Virus record (IMG/VR): IMGVR_UViG_3300022839_000018
Strand: one strand, 5' to 3'
DNA: 55,149 nucleotides
Source of the DNA: a virus
Positions 1 to 10,100 of this stretch are shown in pieces. Made by a program: the position numbers and the translations under genes. Within the stretch, counting starts at the first letter, position 1; the number at the start of each line of letters is the position of its first letter. The notes under the pieces were generated by a model, which made no database searches, had not been told where the DNA came from, and saw only the letters and a program-made list of their open reading frames with translations.

Positions 1-47
1 GACTAGCTTTCCTCGCATCATTCCTGACACGATGCTGAAGCGCCATC
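1..47. repeat. Terminal overlap: bases 1-47 are identical to 55103-55149 (circular closure or arbitrary linearisation point)
   Basis: Direct comparison of both ends gives 47/47 identical bases. The overlap lies inside one continuous reading frame. Confidence 0.95.
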
Positions 48-439
48 TGGTGCATCCAGTGATTGAACTGTCTAAGCCAGCCTATGAGCCGTTGGTACAA
101 AATTTAGTAATGGGTGATATGCCTCACAAAGAGGTGATCCGTCTGAAGACAGAAGAAGATGCCACAAACCATATCACAGGCGAGGTAGACCAGTCTCAGG
201 TAGATCAGCCTATTCACGGTAATCGCTGGTTCATTGGCTACACGGTCGTCAACAAGCCACAGGATCAGGCGGAATCCGCAGTTCGCAACCAGCGCACTCG
301 CCTGTTGACTGGCACAGACTGGCAAGCCCTAAGCGACAACACCATGAGCGAGGCAGTGACAACCTACCGCCAAGCCCTGCGTGACGTAACCGCACAAGAG
401 GGCTTTCCGTATTCTGTCGTGTGGCCCACCAAACCGTAG
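1..439 (+). CDS. 3' part of a tail-fibre assembly/chaperone-like gene that starts at 55026 (171 aa once the circle is closed)
   Basis: Track ORF 32..439 is open back to base 2 and in frame with the ATG at 55026 through the overlap. The C-terminus TDWQALSD...YRQALRDVTAQEGFPYSVVWPTKP resembles phage tail-fibre assembly chaperone tails. The gene follows the fibre genes. Confidence 0.55.
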   Translation, partial: TSFPRIIPDTMLKRHLVHPVIELSKPAYEPLVQNLVMGDMPHKEVIRLKTEEDATNHITGEVDQSQVDQPIHGNRWFIGYTVVNKPQDQAESAVRNQRTRLLTGTDWQALSDNTMSEAVTTYRQALRDVTAQEGFPYSVVWPTKP

Positions 440-448
440 GAGTAGTAC

Positions 449-589
449 ATGCTAGGTTTTAGCCCTCTCGCCTCTGCCGCACTTGCGGATGATGGGGCTG
501 TTGCTGAAGTAATTTACCTTCTTAACGGCGATGACATTACTACGGACGAAGTTACCGCAATGGTATCTACTTGGTTTGATGGTTGGTAG
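449..589 (+). CDS. Small hypothetical protein (46 aa, MLGFSPLASAALADDG...)
   Basis: AGGAG at 438-442, ATG at 449, and a stop at 587-589 one base before the next ATG. It falls below the 60-aa track cutoff; I translated it by hand. Confidence 0.45.
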   Translation: MLGFSPLASAALADDGAVAEVIYLLNGDDITTDEVTAMVSTWFDGW

Positions 590-590
590 T

Positions 591-854
591 ATGGAAAAGG
601 ATAGCTGGCACTTGAATAAATCAATACCCATAACTTTTGTGCTGGCTATTTTAGCTCAGACTATGGCGCTGGTGTGGTTTGTTGCATCACTTAATAATGG
701 AATTGCAACAAACACAAGAGACATTATACGGCACGAGTCACGAATAATTGCGCTAGAAAATACTGTACAGGCACAAGCGGTTACTATGGGACGTATTGAT
801 GAGAATATAAAGTCTATTCGGCTTATGATGGAAGAGAGTCGTAGGGAAAAATAG
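591..854 (+). CDS. Membrane-anchored coiled-coil protein (87 aa from the internal ATG of track ORF 531..854)
   Basis: N-terminal hydrophobic segment IPITFVLAILAQTMALVWFVASL followed by a helical, charged tail. The ATG at 591 directly follows the upstream stop. Confidence 0.55.
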   Translation: MEKDSWHLNKSIPITFVLAILAQTMALVWFVASLNNGIATNTRDIIRHESRIIALENTVQAQAVTMGRIDENIKSIRLMMEESRREK

Positions 855-856
855 TA

Positions 857-1030
857 TTGCTATGTGTACTGGCCTTCGTTTCTTTTAATCACGCATGGAC
901 TACTAGAGGTAATACGCTATTTCAATATTGCTATTATGATTGTGGGCTTTCTAAAAACGGCGGTTGGTACGACAGAGTATATAAAGTAAGTTACACCTAC
1001 GTATGCCCTATAGAGGTTAGGTTTAAATGA
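857..1030 (+). CDS. Possible small Cys-rich secreted protein (57 aa, TTG start)
   Basis: Open frame from 845. Only a TTG start (857) is available. The stop TGA overlaps the next ATG (ATGA at 1027-1030). It has a hydrophobic N-terminus and 4 Cys. Confidence 0.3.
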   Translation: MLCVLAFVSFNHAWTTRGNTLFQYCYYDCGLSKNGGWYDRVYKVSYTYVCPIEVRFK

Positions 1031-1503
1031 TTGATCCATTTACAGCGTTTGCTGCCGCACAGACAGCGGTATCTGCTATTAAGAAAGGTATACAATTAGG
1101 CCGTGACATTGGTGGAATTTCTAATGACCTAGCAAAGTTTGCGGGTGCTATGTCTGACATTACTTTTGCTCACAAACAATCCGAAAACCCGCCTTGGTAT
1201 GCCGTATTGTTTGGTGATAGTGGACCAAACGCAATAGATATATTCGCTAAGAAAAAACAAACAGAGGCTTTACGTGCGGAAATTAAACAGTATATACAAC
1301 TTGGTTACGGGCCAGAAGCTTGGGATGAACTTCTCGCTATTGAAGCAAAAGTGCGCAAGGCTCGTCAAAAAACTCTCTATCGAAAAGCAGAAATACAACG
1401 GTCAATTAGGGAGTGGACTCTGGGCATTATTGTTTTGGTATCAGGATTTGGTATCCTTAGCGTGGGGATTTATTATCTCGGCAAAAAACAAAACAAATGG
1501 TAA
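1027..1503 (+). CDS. Hypothetical protein with a C-terminal transmembrane anchor (158 aa)
   Basis: Track ORF. The C-terminal segment is WTLGIIVLVSGFGILSVGIYYLG. Confidence 0.65.
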   Translation: MIDPFTAFAAAQTAVSAIKKGIQLGRDIGGISNDLAKFAGAMSDITFAHKQSENPPWYAVLFGDSGPNAIDIFAKKKQTEALRAEIKQYIQLGYGPEAWDELLAIEAKVRKARQKTLYRKAEIQRSIREWTLGIIVLVSGFGILSVGIYYLGKKQNKW

Positions 1504-1510
1504 ATAGTTA

Positions 1511-1539
1511 TTGACACGTAATATACCTAATAGTATACT
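1511..1539 (+). promoter_or_regulatory. Sigma70-type promoter: TTGACA (1511-1516), 17-nt spacer, TATACT (1534-1539)
   Basis: Read directly in the 84-bp gap before the 1255-aa gene. It shares TTGACAYRTAAT with the promoters at 30886 and 43159. Confidence 0.6.
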
Positions 1540-1587
1540 TTGTCGTATGACAATAAACGATCTAGTAAGTAAGAATGGATAATCAGT

Positions 1588-4500
1588 ATGGCTAATGAAG
1601 ATGTAAATACTACAGATACAGAAGAAGATGCTGTAGTAAAACCCTACACTATTAATGACGCTATGGTAGAAAGGGCAATGGCTCCGAACCTACCTACAGG
1701 TTCTACGGTATCTCCTGTAGGTACTACTATTACACAAGATCAACTTGTAGGTACTACATTAGGTCAAGCTCCCGATGCACCTACTTCAATGGTTGCACAA
1801 GGGGGTGCTTCAACCGCAACAGCACCAACAGCAATTACTACCGCAATGGTAGATCCCCGCTTTGTCACAACTCCAGTAACCAGCGCATTAAACAGTGTTA
1901 CTGCAGAAACAGGAAGTGTATCGTCGCAAGCTCAAGTACAGGCGGCACAAGGAACTATACCAGATAGCAGTTTAGCTACGGCTATAGGTGTAGATGAAAA
2001 ATACATACAGGAAGCAAAGGCTGGTACACGGGTTGTATCCCAACAAGAAATTGCTAATGCTGCGTTAGCTTTAAATATTCCTATTGCACAAGCTCAAAAG
2101 TTACTAACACCTGTAGCTACTGCAGAGGCAGCTAAATTTACAACGGGTACACCACAAGCTGAAGCGGTAACAGATTATACTGTAGGTACTGTACCTACGG
2201 TTGAAGGTGCGGTAGCACAAGAAGAGATTGCTACCGCACAAGGAGGCGACTTGCAAGCTGCTCAAGCTTCCGCTGAACAATCCTTAAAAGATATTCAAGC
2301 TAAGTTTGCTAGTGGTGAAGTTACTGCAGATCAACTGGCTACGGCTCAAACAAACTACAATAACGTAACAACGCAAATTGCTAAACGTGCCGTAGGTGAT
2401 AACGAACTTGCCGCAGTGGCTGGTATAGGTATGTCAGCAGAGCAGGCAGTTGCTTCGGTTAGCTCTTATCAATCTGCCTTAGAGTCTGCACAAAATAAAA
2501 TATCTGATGGTGAAACCATTACACCTCAAGATTACTATAATCTACCTGCCGCTACTATTGCAAGTATGCAAGAAACTGCTGTTAAAAATGCAGCTACCGC
2601 ATCTCTTACTCCTGAAGCAAGCGTAGCTACAAGTTCATATCAGTCTACTGTTTCTGCAACACAGGGTCATGTAGGCTCCCAAGAACTAATTGATGCAGAA
2701 GCCCAAGGTTTACAGATTGGTCAAGCAGTTGAAGCTGTTGCCGCAGTAGCTAACGAATTAAATACTGCAGCTACCGCAGTAGCGCAACAAGGTACGTTGT
2801 CACAGTATCTTGCAGAGGCTTCTCAAGTTAACACTACAGCTAAGGCTACCGTACAAGGACAGATGGCGCAGCTAATGGCGCAGTTTGAGAATGGTACACC
2901 TATATGGGCTTCCGGTGCTATGAGAGCCGCTAATGCAGCTATGGCATCCCGTGGTTTGGCTGGTTCTAGTATGGCTGGTGCTGCTATTGTGCAAGCTACT
3001 ATGGAAGCTGCTCTGCCCATCGCATCCGCAGACGCTAAGTTTTTGTTTGACGCCAATATATCTAATGCAAATTTTAAACAGCAAGTATCTCTTGCTAACG
3101 CTGCTGCGCAACAAAACATGGAGCTTGCTAATTTAAATAACAGGCAGCAAGTTGCTTTGTCTAATAGCACGAATGCATTTACACTGCAGACACAAAACTT
3201 GTCTAACGAACAGTCTGTAATTCTAGCTAATGCCCAATTTAAATCTGCGGTACAACAGAAAAACCTAGACGTAAAGACGCAGACTTCTCTAGTCAACGCA
3301 GCACGGTATGCAGAAGTAAATAATATTAACCTTAATAATACACAACAGGCATTGTTACAACGATCTTCTGAAAACTTGCAGGTAGACATGAGTAACTTGT
3401 CTAACACACAGCAAACTTCTTTGGCTAACTTGCAGGTACAAGCTTCTATTGCGGGTCAAGAACTTACTAATGAACAACAGATGTCTGTCCTTTCTTCATC
3501 ACAGACATTTGAAGCTGCGCAGTTCGACGCTACAGCAAAGCAACAAGCTTTTATGCAAGACGCACAGTCACGTGCTGCCTTAGAAGGTAAGACACTAGAT
3601 GTACGACAGCAAACTGCGTTGTTTAATGCTTCTCGTATAGCAGAAGTAAACGATATTAATCTAAACAACGAACAACAAGTTCGACTGCAAAAGTCTGCAG
3701 AAAATTTACAAGTAGATACTACAAACGCATCTAACCGTCAACAAATAGCTCTTGCAAATGTTCAGCTTAGGGCTTCTTTGCAAGATAAAGTATTGAGTAA
3801 TACACAGCAAGTAGCAGTTTTAAATGCAGAACGCTACGCAGAAGTTAATAACATTAACCTGAACAATGAACAACAGGCGTTTGTACAGGACGCTACTATT
3901 AAGGCTGTTCAAGAGAATAAAACTTTAGATAATACGCAGCAAGCTGTGTTGTTTAATGCGGCTAGGCAAGCACAAGCTAAAGATATTATTTTAAATAACG
4001 AACAACAAGCATACATGCTACAGTCTACACAAAACTTTCAGCAAGACATAACTAACCTGTCTAACCGTCAGCAAACATCGTTGGCAAACGCACAGCTAAA
4101 TGCTAGTTTGCAAGGAAAGGTTCTTGACAACAACCAACAAACTGCTATACTTAATGCCGCACGTTACGCCGAAGTTAATAATATTAATCTAACGAATAAA
4201 CAACAAGCCTTTGTACAAGAGTACTCAGCACGTACTGCATTTGAAGGTCAAGCTATATCTAATAGTCAACAAGCTTCTATCTTTAATGTATCCAGTATTC
4301 TTCAAGAAAGAAACATTGAATTAACTAACGAACAGCAAACAAGTTTGTTTAATGCGACTAGTAAAATGACTGTTGATATGACAGAACTATCTAATAGGCA
4401 ACAATCTGCCGTAGCTAATCTGCAAGTGGAGGCTGCGTTACGGGGGCAAGAGTTACAGAACCAGCAACAAGTAGCTGTAATTAATGCGGAACGGTTTGCA

Positions 4501-5355
4501 GAAGCTTCTAACCTACAGTTCTCATCTGAGCAACAGATTATTTTATCTAATTCTCAAATGATGCAGACTATTGGTTTGGCTGAAATGTCCAGTGCGAATA
4601 CTACGGCACTTCAGAACGCTGCGCAATTAGCTAACATGGATATAGCTAATTTAAATTCAAGGCAGCAAGCAGCCGTACAAAATGCTCAATCCTTTTTAAA
4701 TATGGACATGGCTAATTTGTCTAACCGCCAACAAACAAACATGTTTAAATCTCAAGCTATGCAGCAAGCGTTACTTTCAGATCAAGCGGCAGATAATGCT
4801 GGTAAACAGTTTAACGCAAGTAGTGAAAATCAAGTCAATCAATTTATGACTAGTCTATCGTCACAAGTATCCCAGTTTAATACAGCGCAACAAAACGCTA
4901 CTAAACAGTTTAATGCAGGCGAAGTTAACGCTATGAGTAAATTTAATTCACAGATAACTGCTCAACGTGATCAATTCAATGCAGCTAACCAACTTGTGAT
5001 AGCACAAAACAATGCTAACTGGCGCAGACAAGTGGCAACAGAAGACACAGCAGCTGTTAATAGGTCCAATGAAATTAATGCAGCTAATACTTTAGCTATG
5101 TCTAATACAGCGTACGATAATTTATGGAACTACTACTCCGACACTATGGAATTTGTGTGGACTAGTGCGGAAAGTGAACGAGAGCGTACTGTTGACATTG
5201 CTATAGCAAACTTAAACAATGATGCTAGTGCACTTGCAGTTAGTAACCAGCAAGACTATCAATCATCCTTGTCTTTTGGTAACTTAGTGGGTACACTGTT
5301 TACATCGGATTTAAGTGGTAGCTTTGCCGGGTCTATAATAGACAATATTTTTTAA
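1588..5355 (+). CDS. Giant Q/N-rich repeat protein (1255 aa), probable fibrous virion component
   Basis: Track ORF. The central part (about 3050-4800) holds roughly two dozen 22-residue units marked by N-x-QQ (for example NLSNRQQTSLANAQLNASLQGKVLDNNQQ). Confidence 0.75.
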   Translation: MANEDVNTTDTEEDAVVKPYTINDAMVERAMAPNLPTGSTVSPVGTTITQDQLVGTTLGQAPDAPTSMVAQGGASTATAPTAITTAMVDPRFVTTPVTSALNSVTAETGSVSSQAQVQAAQGTIPDSSLATAIGVDEKYIQEAKAGTRVVSQQEIANAALALNIPIAQAQKLLTPVATAEAAKFTTGTPQAEAVTDYTVGTVPTVEGAVAQEEIATAQGGDLQAAQASAEQSLKDIQAKFASGEVTADQLATAQTNYNNVTTQIAKRAVGDNELAAVAGIGMSAEQAVASVSSYQSALESAQNKISDGETITPQDYYNLPAATIASMQETAVKNAATASLTPEASVATSSYQSTVSATQGHVGSQELIDAEAQGLQIGQAVEAVAAVANELNTAATAVAQQGTLSQYLAEASQVNTTAKATVQGQMAQLMAQFENGTPIWASGAMRAANAAMASRGLAGSSMAGAAIVQATMEAALPIASADAKFLFDANISNANFKQQVSLANAAAQQNMELANLNNRQQVALSNSTNAFTLQTQNLSNEQSVILANAQFKSAVQQKNLDVKTQTSLVNAARYAEVNNINLNNTQQALLQRSSENLQVDMSNLSNTQQTSLANLQVQASIAGQELTNEQQMSVLSSSQTFEAAQFDATAKQQAFMQDAQSRAALEGKTLDVRQQTALFNASRIAEVNDINLNNEQQVRLQKSAENLQVDTTNASNRQQIALANVQLRASLQDKVLSNTQQVAVLNAERYAEVNNINLNNEQQAFVQDATIKAVQENKTLDNTQQAVLFNAARQAQAKDIILNNEQQAYMLQSTQNFQQDITNLSNRQQTSLANAQLNASLQGKVLDNNQQTAILNAARYAEVNNINLTNKQQAFVQEYSARTAFEGQAISNSQQASIFNVSSILQERNIELTNEQQTSLFNATSKMTVDMTELSNRQQSAVANLQVEAALRGQELQNQQQVAVINAERFAEASNLQFSSEQQIILSNSQMMQTIGLAEMSSANTTALQNAAQLANMDIANLNSRQQAAVQNAQSFLNMDMANLSNRQQTNMFKSQAMQQALLSDQAADNAGKQFNASSENQVNQFMTSLSSQVSQFNTAQQNATKQFNAGEVNAMSKFNSQITAQRDQFNAANQLVIAQNNANWRRQVATEDTAAVNRSNEINAANTLAMSNTAYDNLWNYYSDTMEFVWTSAESERERTVDIAIANLNNDASALAVSNQQDYQSSLSFGNLVGTLFTSDLSGSFAGSIIDNIF

Positions 5356-5374
5356 ATAGAGGAAAGTTAAATAA

Positions 5375-5587
5375 ATGTTTAACGTATTTGCAAAAGCATA
5401 CAAGGATATAAAGTTGCCTGAGAAGAAAGAGATTGTTTCTTCTAGCAAAACTAAAGGTTTGTTGTCACGAAATAAGGAAGTAACACCCGCTGATAGTTCA
5501 TCCAGTGAACCTATGGATCGTATAGCTAACTACGTGGCAAGCATACGAGAAGATAGAATGAGGATTAAAGATGATAGAGACACCTGA
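5375..5587 (+). CDS. Hypothetical protein (70 aa)
   Basis: Track ORF in the operon, with a GAGGAAAG-like RBS upstream. Confidence 0.55.
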   Translation: MFNVFAKAYKDIKLPEKKEIVSSSKTKGLLSRNKEVTPADSSSSEPMDRIANYVASIREDRMRIKDDRDT

Positions 5588-6086
5588 AGTATCCCTTAAC
5601 CGACCTATTCCCGGCATGGGTATGACTGCAGAAGTTGGTAGCAGGCCGTGGCAACAGCCTCCGCAGTACACAACTATAGAGGAAGCTCTTGACTTTTATA
5701 TCCCAAGGCTTACAGAAGAAAACTTTAACGATCAATTGCTAGACGTTATGGAGATGGGTATTCCTTTAACTACTATTGCTAGTAGCATACAACTTGCAGG
5801 CGTCATGCAAGGTAAGCACACGGTTGATGTAGGTGTTCTTATTATGCCAGTACTCATGGAGATGATGGCTTATATTGGTGACGATGCGGATATTAGTTAC
5901 GTAATAGGGGACGAAGCAGAAACTAATTCCGACAAAATCTCCAGTAGTAAAATTGCATTGGCTATGAAGTCAATGAAAAAACGTTTACCAGAGGCGCTAG
6001 AAAATGCTGATGAACAAGAAGTTGTAGAAGTACCAGAAGAAGAAGAAGTATCTATGCCTTCTGGTCTTATGTCGAGGAGAATATAG
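5571..6086 (+). CDS. Hypothetical virion-module protein (171 aa, acidic C-terminus)
   Basis: Track ORF with a 17-nt overlap with the upstream gene and AGGA before the ATG. Confidence 0.65.
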   Translation: MIETPEVSLNRPIPGMGMTAEVGSRPWQQPPQYTTIEEALDFYIPRLTEENFNDQLLDVMEMGIPLTTIASSIQLAGVMQGKHTVDVGVLIMPVLMEMMAYIGDDADISYVIGDEAETNSDKISSSKIALAMKSMKKRLPEALENADEQEVVEVPEEEEVSMPSGLMSRRI

Positions 6087-7172
6087 ATGGCGTTTAGCTT
6101 TGGAGGTTTTGCCGCAGGTGCAGCGGGTGCAGTTACCGAACGTATAAGAATAAACGAAGACAGAACGCAAAAACGTTTAGAGGAATCACGCCGTGATGCC
6201 CGTGCTCTTAGGTTACGTAAGGGAGCCGAACGTGATGCAGAAAAGAAAGCTACGGAAGAAGCCATAGGTTCCTTGACGTTTATGGGATACGCACCGGAAA
6301 CTGCTGCGCACATTGCTAGTCAGGGCAAAACCGCTGTATCTTTAGCAGGTGATGCAGGTACACGTGCTATGCAGCGTGGCCTAGACATTAATACTATTTA
6401 CAGTTTGCCTGAAGTTAATTCTAACAGTGCCGTAAATGAGACTATAGATGGTGCCGAACCCAAAGCAAGTACTGTGTTTGGTGGTTTTAACCGTGAAGAA
6501 TATCAGAGGTTGTATCAAGAACCTGATGAGATTAGCAATAGCTTTGGTGCTAGGCTTGCAGTCTTATCTCAAAAACAATTAGCAACTAATGACCCGAATA
6601 AAATTGCAGGTTATGAGCGGCAAAAGGTGACGCTACTAAAAGACTTAAACGCCATGAAAGAAGCTGAAAGTATTAAAGGTGAGGATGAAAAAGGTCCAAC
6701 ATTTACACTAGGTACTATACAATCTAATGTTAACTCAGCAGTCAAACAACAGCTAGTAAACTTTGATTTAGGTATGGACATGGAAGGTAATATTAGGGGC
6801 AAGATTGAAGGTAAAGAAGCTCAGGTTGAGGTGGCTAGATTACGTGCCGCAGATTATCTTAATCAAACATTTACATCTTTAGAAGACCCTGTTATGACAG
6901 ATGCTGTCTCTGCTTTACAGGCACAGGCAGCAACTAATTTAAATAGCTATAAAAATGCTATTTTATCACAAGTAAAAGCAGGGCAGCTACCACTACCGAG
7001 CAATTATAAAACAGAGGTCAGTTTAGAAGCTATGATTAACAACAAAAGTAAATATAATATAGGGGACGTTATTGCTATACCGAGAGGTGCATATGTATAC
7101 ACACAAATTGATAATCCGGGCCTTAAAAACGACATTACAGAAGACGAAGAAGATAGGATTCCGTTTTACTAA
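6087..7172 (+). CDS. Hypothetical virion-module protein (361 aa)
   Basis: Track ORF. The ATG immediately follows the upstream stop. Confidence 0.7.
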   Translation: MAFSFGGFAAGAAGAVTERIRINEDRTQKRLEESRRDARALRLRKGAERDAEKKATEEAIGSLTFMGYAPETAAHIASQGKTAVSLAGDAGTRAMQRGLDINTIYSLPEVNSNSAVNETIDGAEPKASTVFGGFNREEYQRLYQEPDEISNSFGARLAVLSQKQLATNDPNKIAGYERQKVTLLKDLNAMKEAESIKGEDEKGPTFTLGTIQSNVNSAVKQQLVNFDLGMDMEGNIRGKIEGKEAQVEVARLRAADYLNQTFTSLEDPVMTDAVSALQAQAATNLNSYKNAILSQVKAGQLPLPSNYKTEVSLEAMINNKSKYNIGDVIAIPRGAYVYTQIDNPGLKNDITEDEEDRIPFY

Positions 7173-10100
7173 TGGCTGAAGCACTTTCACTTGATGACTA
7201 TACAAAGTTTAGAGATTCAAACTATGCAAAGTCTAGAGATAAAGAAGATGACGAAGAAGATACAGTAGTCACTCCTTCTCTCCCAACGAAACCCTCCCGG
7301 CAAAGGGATGTGGGTGCCGTGTCATTGAGTGTTTATACAGCCCAACGAGATGGTACTAAAGCTAGTGATGTTTTAGTTGTAGAAGATGCGGAAGAACCTG
7401 ACTGGCTTACTCCTGTCGCTTATGACTCAAGTGAGGTAGAGGAACAACCGGATTATGAATACGTAGAAGACAGACGGTATGAAAAAGTAGCTGAAGAAGT
7501 CAAGGATTTTGAGGATTATGTTTCTGGATTAAAAGAAGAAGAACGCATTGCCTTTGATGCTGACATGCGCAAAGACATGCTGGCAGGCGCTGATATGCGT
7601 AAGGCTGGTTTGGGGGAGTATCTTATATCGCAACTGCCTACTGGTGCATTGATTTGGTTAGGTAATTCTATGCAAAAGGTTGGCGCTATGTCTACGGACG
7701 TCCTTGAAAGTACTTTTTCAGGGTTAAACGAAGCGTACCCAGAAGCCTTTGAGGTTTTAGATAGTGCTATAACAGGTAATAGGTACGGAAATACTGAAAG
7801 CCCCAAGAAACTAGCAGACTTTGTGGCAGAGGGCCTTGGCTCTGCGTTTGAATTTACAGAAACTATTCCCGCACTAGGTAGTGTTCAACGAGTTATAAAC
7901 TCAGCGGTAAATGCCGGAGTTCGTAACCCTACCAAAGTACTCGCAGGTATGGATGCTGACTTAGAGAGAGCTAACCGATACAATGTTGGTGGCGCACGTA
8001 TAGCTACAAGTAGAGCTAGGGAAGAGTCCCGTAAGGCAGCAGATACTGTCGTCCAACAGAACCGTGACATTGCGGATGAACTTATTCTTGCGTTTGAGGA
8101 TAAGACGGGTAAGACTATATCAAAAAAAGATGGTGATAACCTAACGTTAGACTTAGATGCAGCCCGTGAAGCAGGTAGAGAAACTGCTATAGAAGTTACA
8201 GAACGTGATGGTGCTTTGTTTGATCTCGCAATAGGCCCAGACAATATAACTTCTCCCATATTAAACCCTGATAAATTTAATGGCATTGTTGCTATAGCTG
8301 TAGAACTTAAAAAGAAAAACCCAGAAGCGTTCAACAATAAAAAAACTATTATTGATAACCTATTTGAACTTACTGTAAACAAAGACCTTGATGGACAAGG
8401 ACTGGTAGATGGCTTGAATAAGTACGGCCTATCCTTTGAAGACTATGTGTTGACAGTAGTAGGGTCAGGTTCTGACGCTGGTAAAGTATTGAATAAACTT
8501 TCTCAGATTGCTCGTACTAAACCGACATCCGTAGCAGATGATGCGGCGCAAAAGTTATTGCTGGATCAACAAGGTACTATACGTAAGGGTGTCATGCGCA
8601 TTGAGAACATTCGCCGTGGATTACTTGTATCACAGGTAGCTACGGCTGCTCGTAACCTTACATCTGGTGGCATACGTGCTCCTCTTGAGGGCTTAGCTAA
8701 CGTAATGGACAGTGCTCTGTATGAGTTTAGTCAACCTATTGGTAAGGGTACGGGTGGATTCTTAGGTGCAGGTAAGAAACTAGCATCACCAGAGAACTGG
8801 AAGGACAGCTTTCGGCATATGAAATATATGTTTGATCGTCCTGATGTAGCTAAAGCGTACACTGACTTAGTGCTAGAACAACCTCAACTAGAGTCACAGT
8901 TCAACAGGATGTTTAATAACCTAAACGAAATACAGGCACTAACAGGTCGTGGTGAAGGTGGTGCTGCAGATAAAGTACTCAGTGGTCTTGAAGACGTAAC
9001 AGATTTTCTTAACGTACCTAACCGTTGGCAGGAATACCTAATACGTAGAGGTACATTCTTCGGTGAGCTTGAACGCTTAACTAGGCGTGAGTATAAGATT
9101 GATTTAATTGATGCGTTGCAAGATGGCAAGCTTAAAGACTTACTTAATGATGCAAGCTCTGTAAAACCGGAGGGTGCTAGATCATTTATTAACATCGTAG
9201 ATGACTCCGTAACTAAAGCCTTAGACATTACGTACGCAAAACAACCTGACATACCTGTGTTCCGCAGCACGTCACAGTTTATAACTCGAAATGGCTTAAC
9301 AGTTATCATGCCCTTCCCACGCTTTATGTTTAACAGCATGGAGCTTATGGGTCAGTACGCAGCAGGCGCATCCATACCCTTGACACGCAAGGTTACAGAG
9401 CTTGTAACGTTAGGTAAGGTAGGCAGTGGCCCATTAACAGCCAAAGACAGACAGCGTATATCACGTAACCTTACAGGCATGGCTGCAGTAGGTGCAGCAT
9501 ACATGTATCGTACCAGTGATGACGCACCCGCTGAGTTCAATCAAGTTAGTGTGTCTGAAGAATCACAAGCGGATACTATGCCACTATATCCTGTACCGCA
9601 GTACATGTACCTTGGTGAAGCAACTAAGCGTATGCAAGATGGTACGTTTAACGATTGGTTTGATGCAAAAGAATTTGTAGAAACTTTTGCTGGTACGAAC
9701 CTACGTACTGGTACAAGTAACGCTCTCTTAGAAGAGGTGTCTGCCTTTGCTGATGCTACGGACCTTACTAAAGGGGAATCTATGGGGCGTCTAGCTGGAC
9801 GTACACTAGGTAACTACTTAGGTACATGGGCTGTCCCTCTTGCGCAGATAATTGAAGCGCAGCGTGTAGCTGGTGTGCGTGGTTTAACATACGCAGATGC
9901 AGCTAAAGACCCTACACTAGACTTCATGGGTACATTTAAGCGTGAGCTTATTCGTCCTATTGCACAGCGTGGTATCCTTACTACACCAGAGGAAGAGGCT
10001 GCACTACCAGAGCGACAGTTCTTGTTTGCAGAAGGTGGTACAAAGCAACGAGGCTCTCCTATTGCTAAGTTTGGCTTGGGCCTTAACCTAAGCGATAAGG

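Noticed and set aside
591-1030. The TM coiled-coil protein plus the following small Cys-rich ORF as an i-spanin/o-spanin pair
   Set aside because: The small ORF has no lipobox (its Cys is at position 3 of a TTG-initiated frame). The pair is 30 kb of gene order away from the lysis cassette, so the evidence is insufficient.
2823-3668. Several 67-194-aa track ORFs inside or antisense to the 1255-aa repeat gene. Similar shadow ORFs lie inside the genes at 7172-10564, 16734-18776, 43408-44466 and 48126-52772.
   Set aside because: They lie within long, clearly coding frames, have low-complexity or Cys/Ser-rich products and no start context. They are typical shadow ORFs.
5296-5312. ACATCGGATTTAAG, a partial match to the early-arm palindrome
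   Set aside because: Only one half-site matches, with no dyad partner. It lies inside a late structural gene and is consistent with chance.
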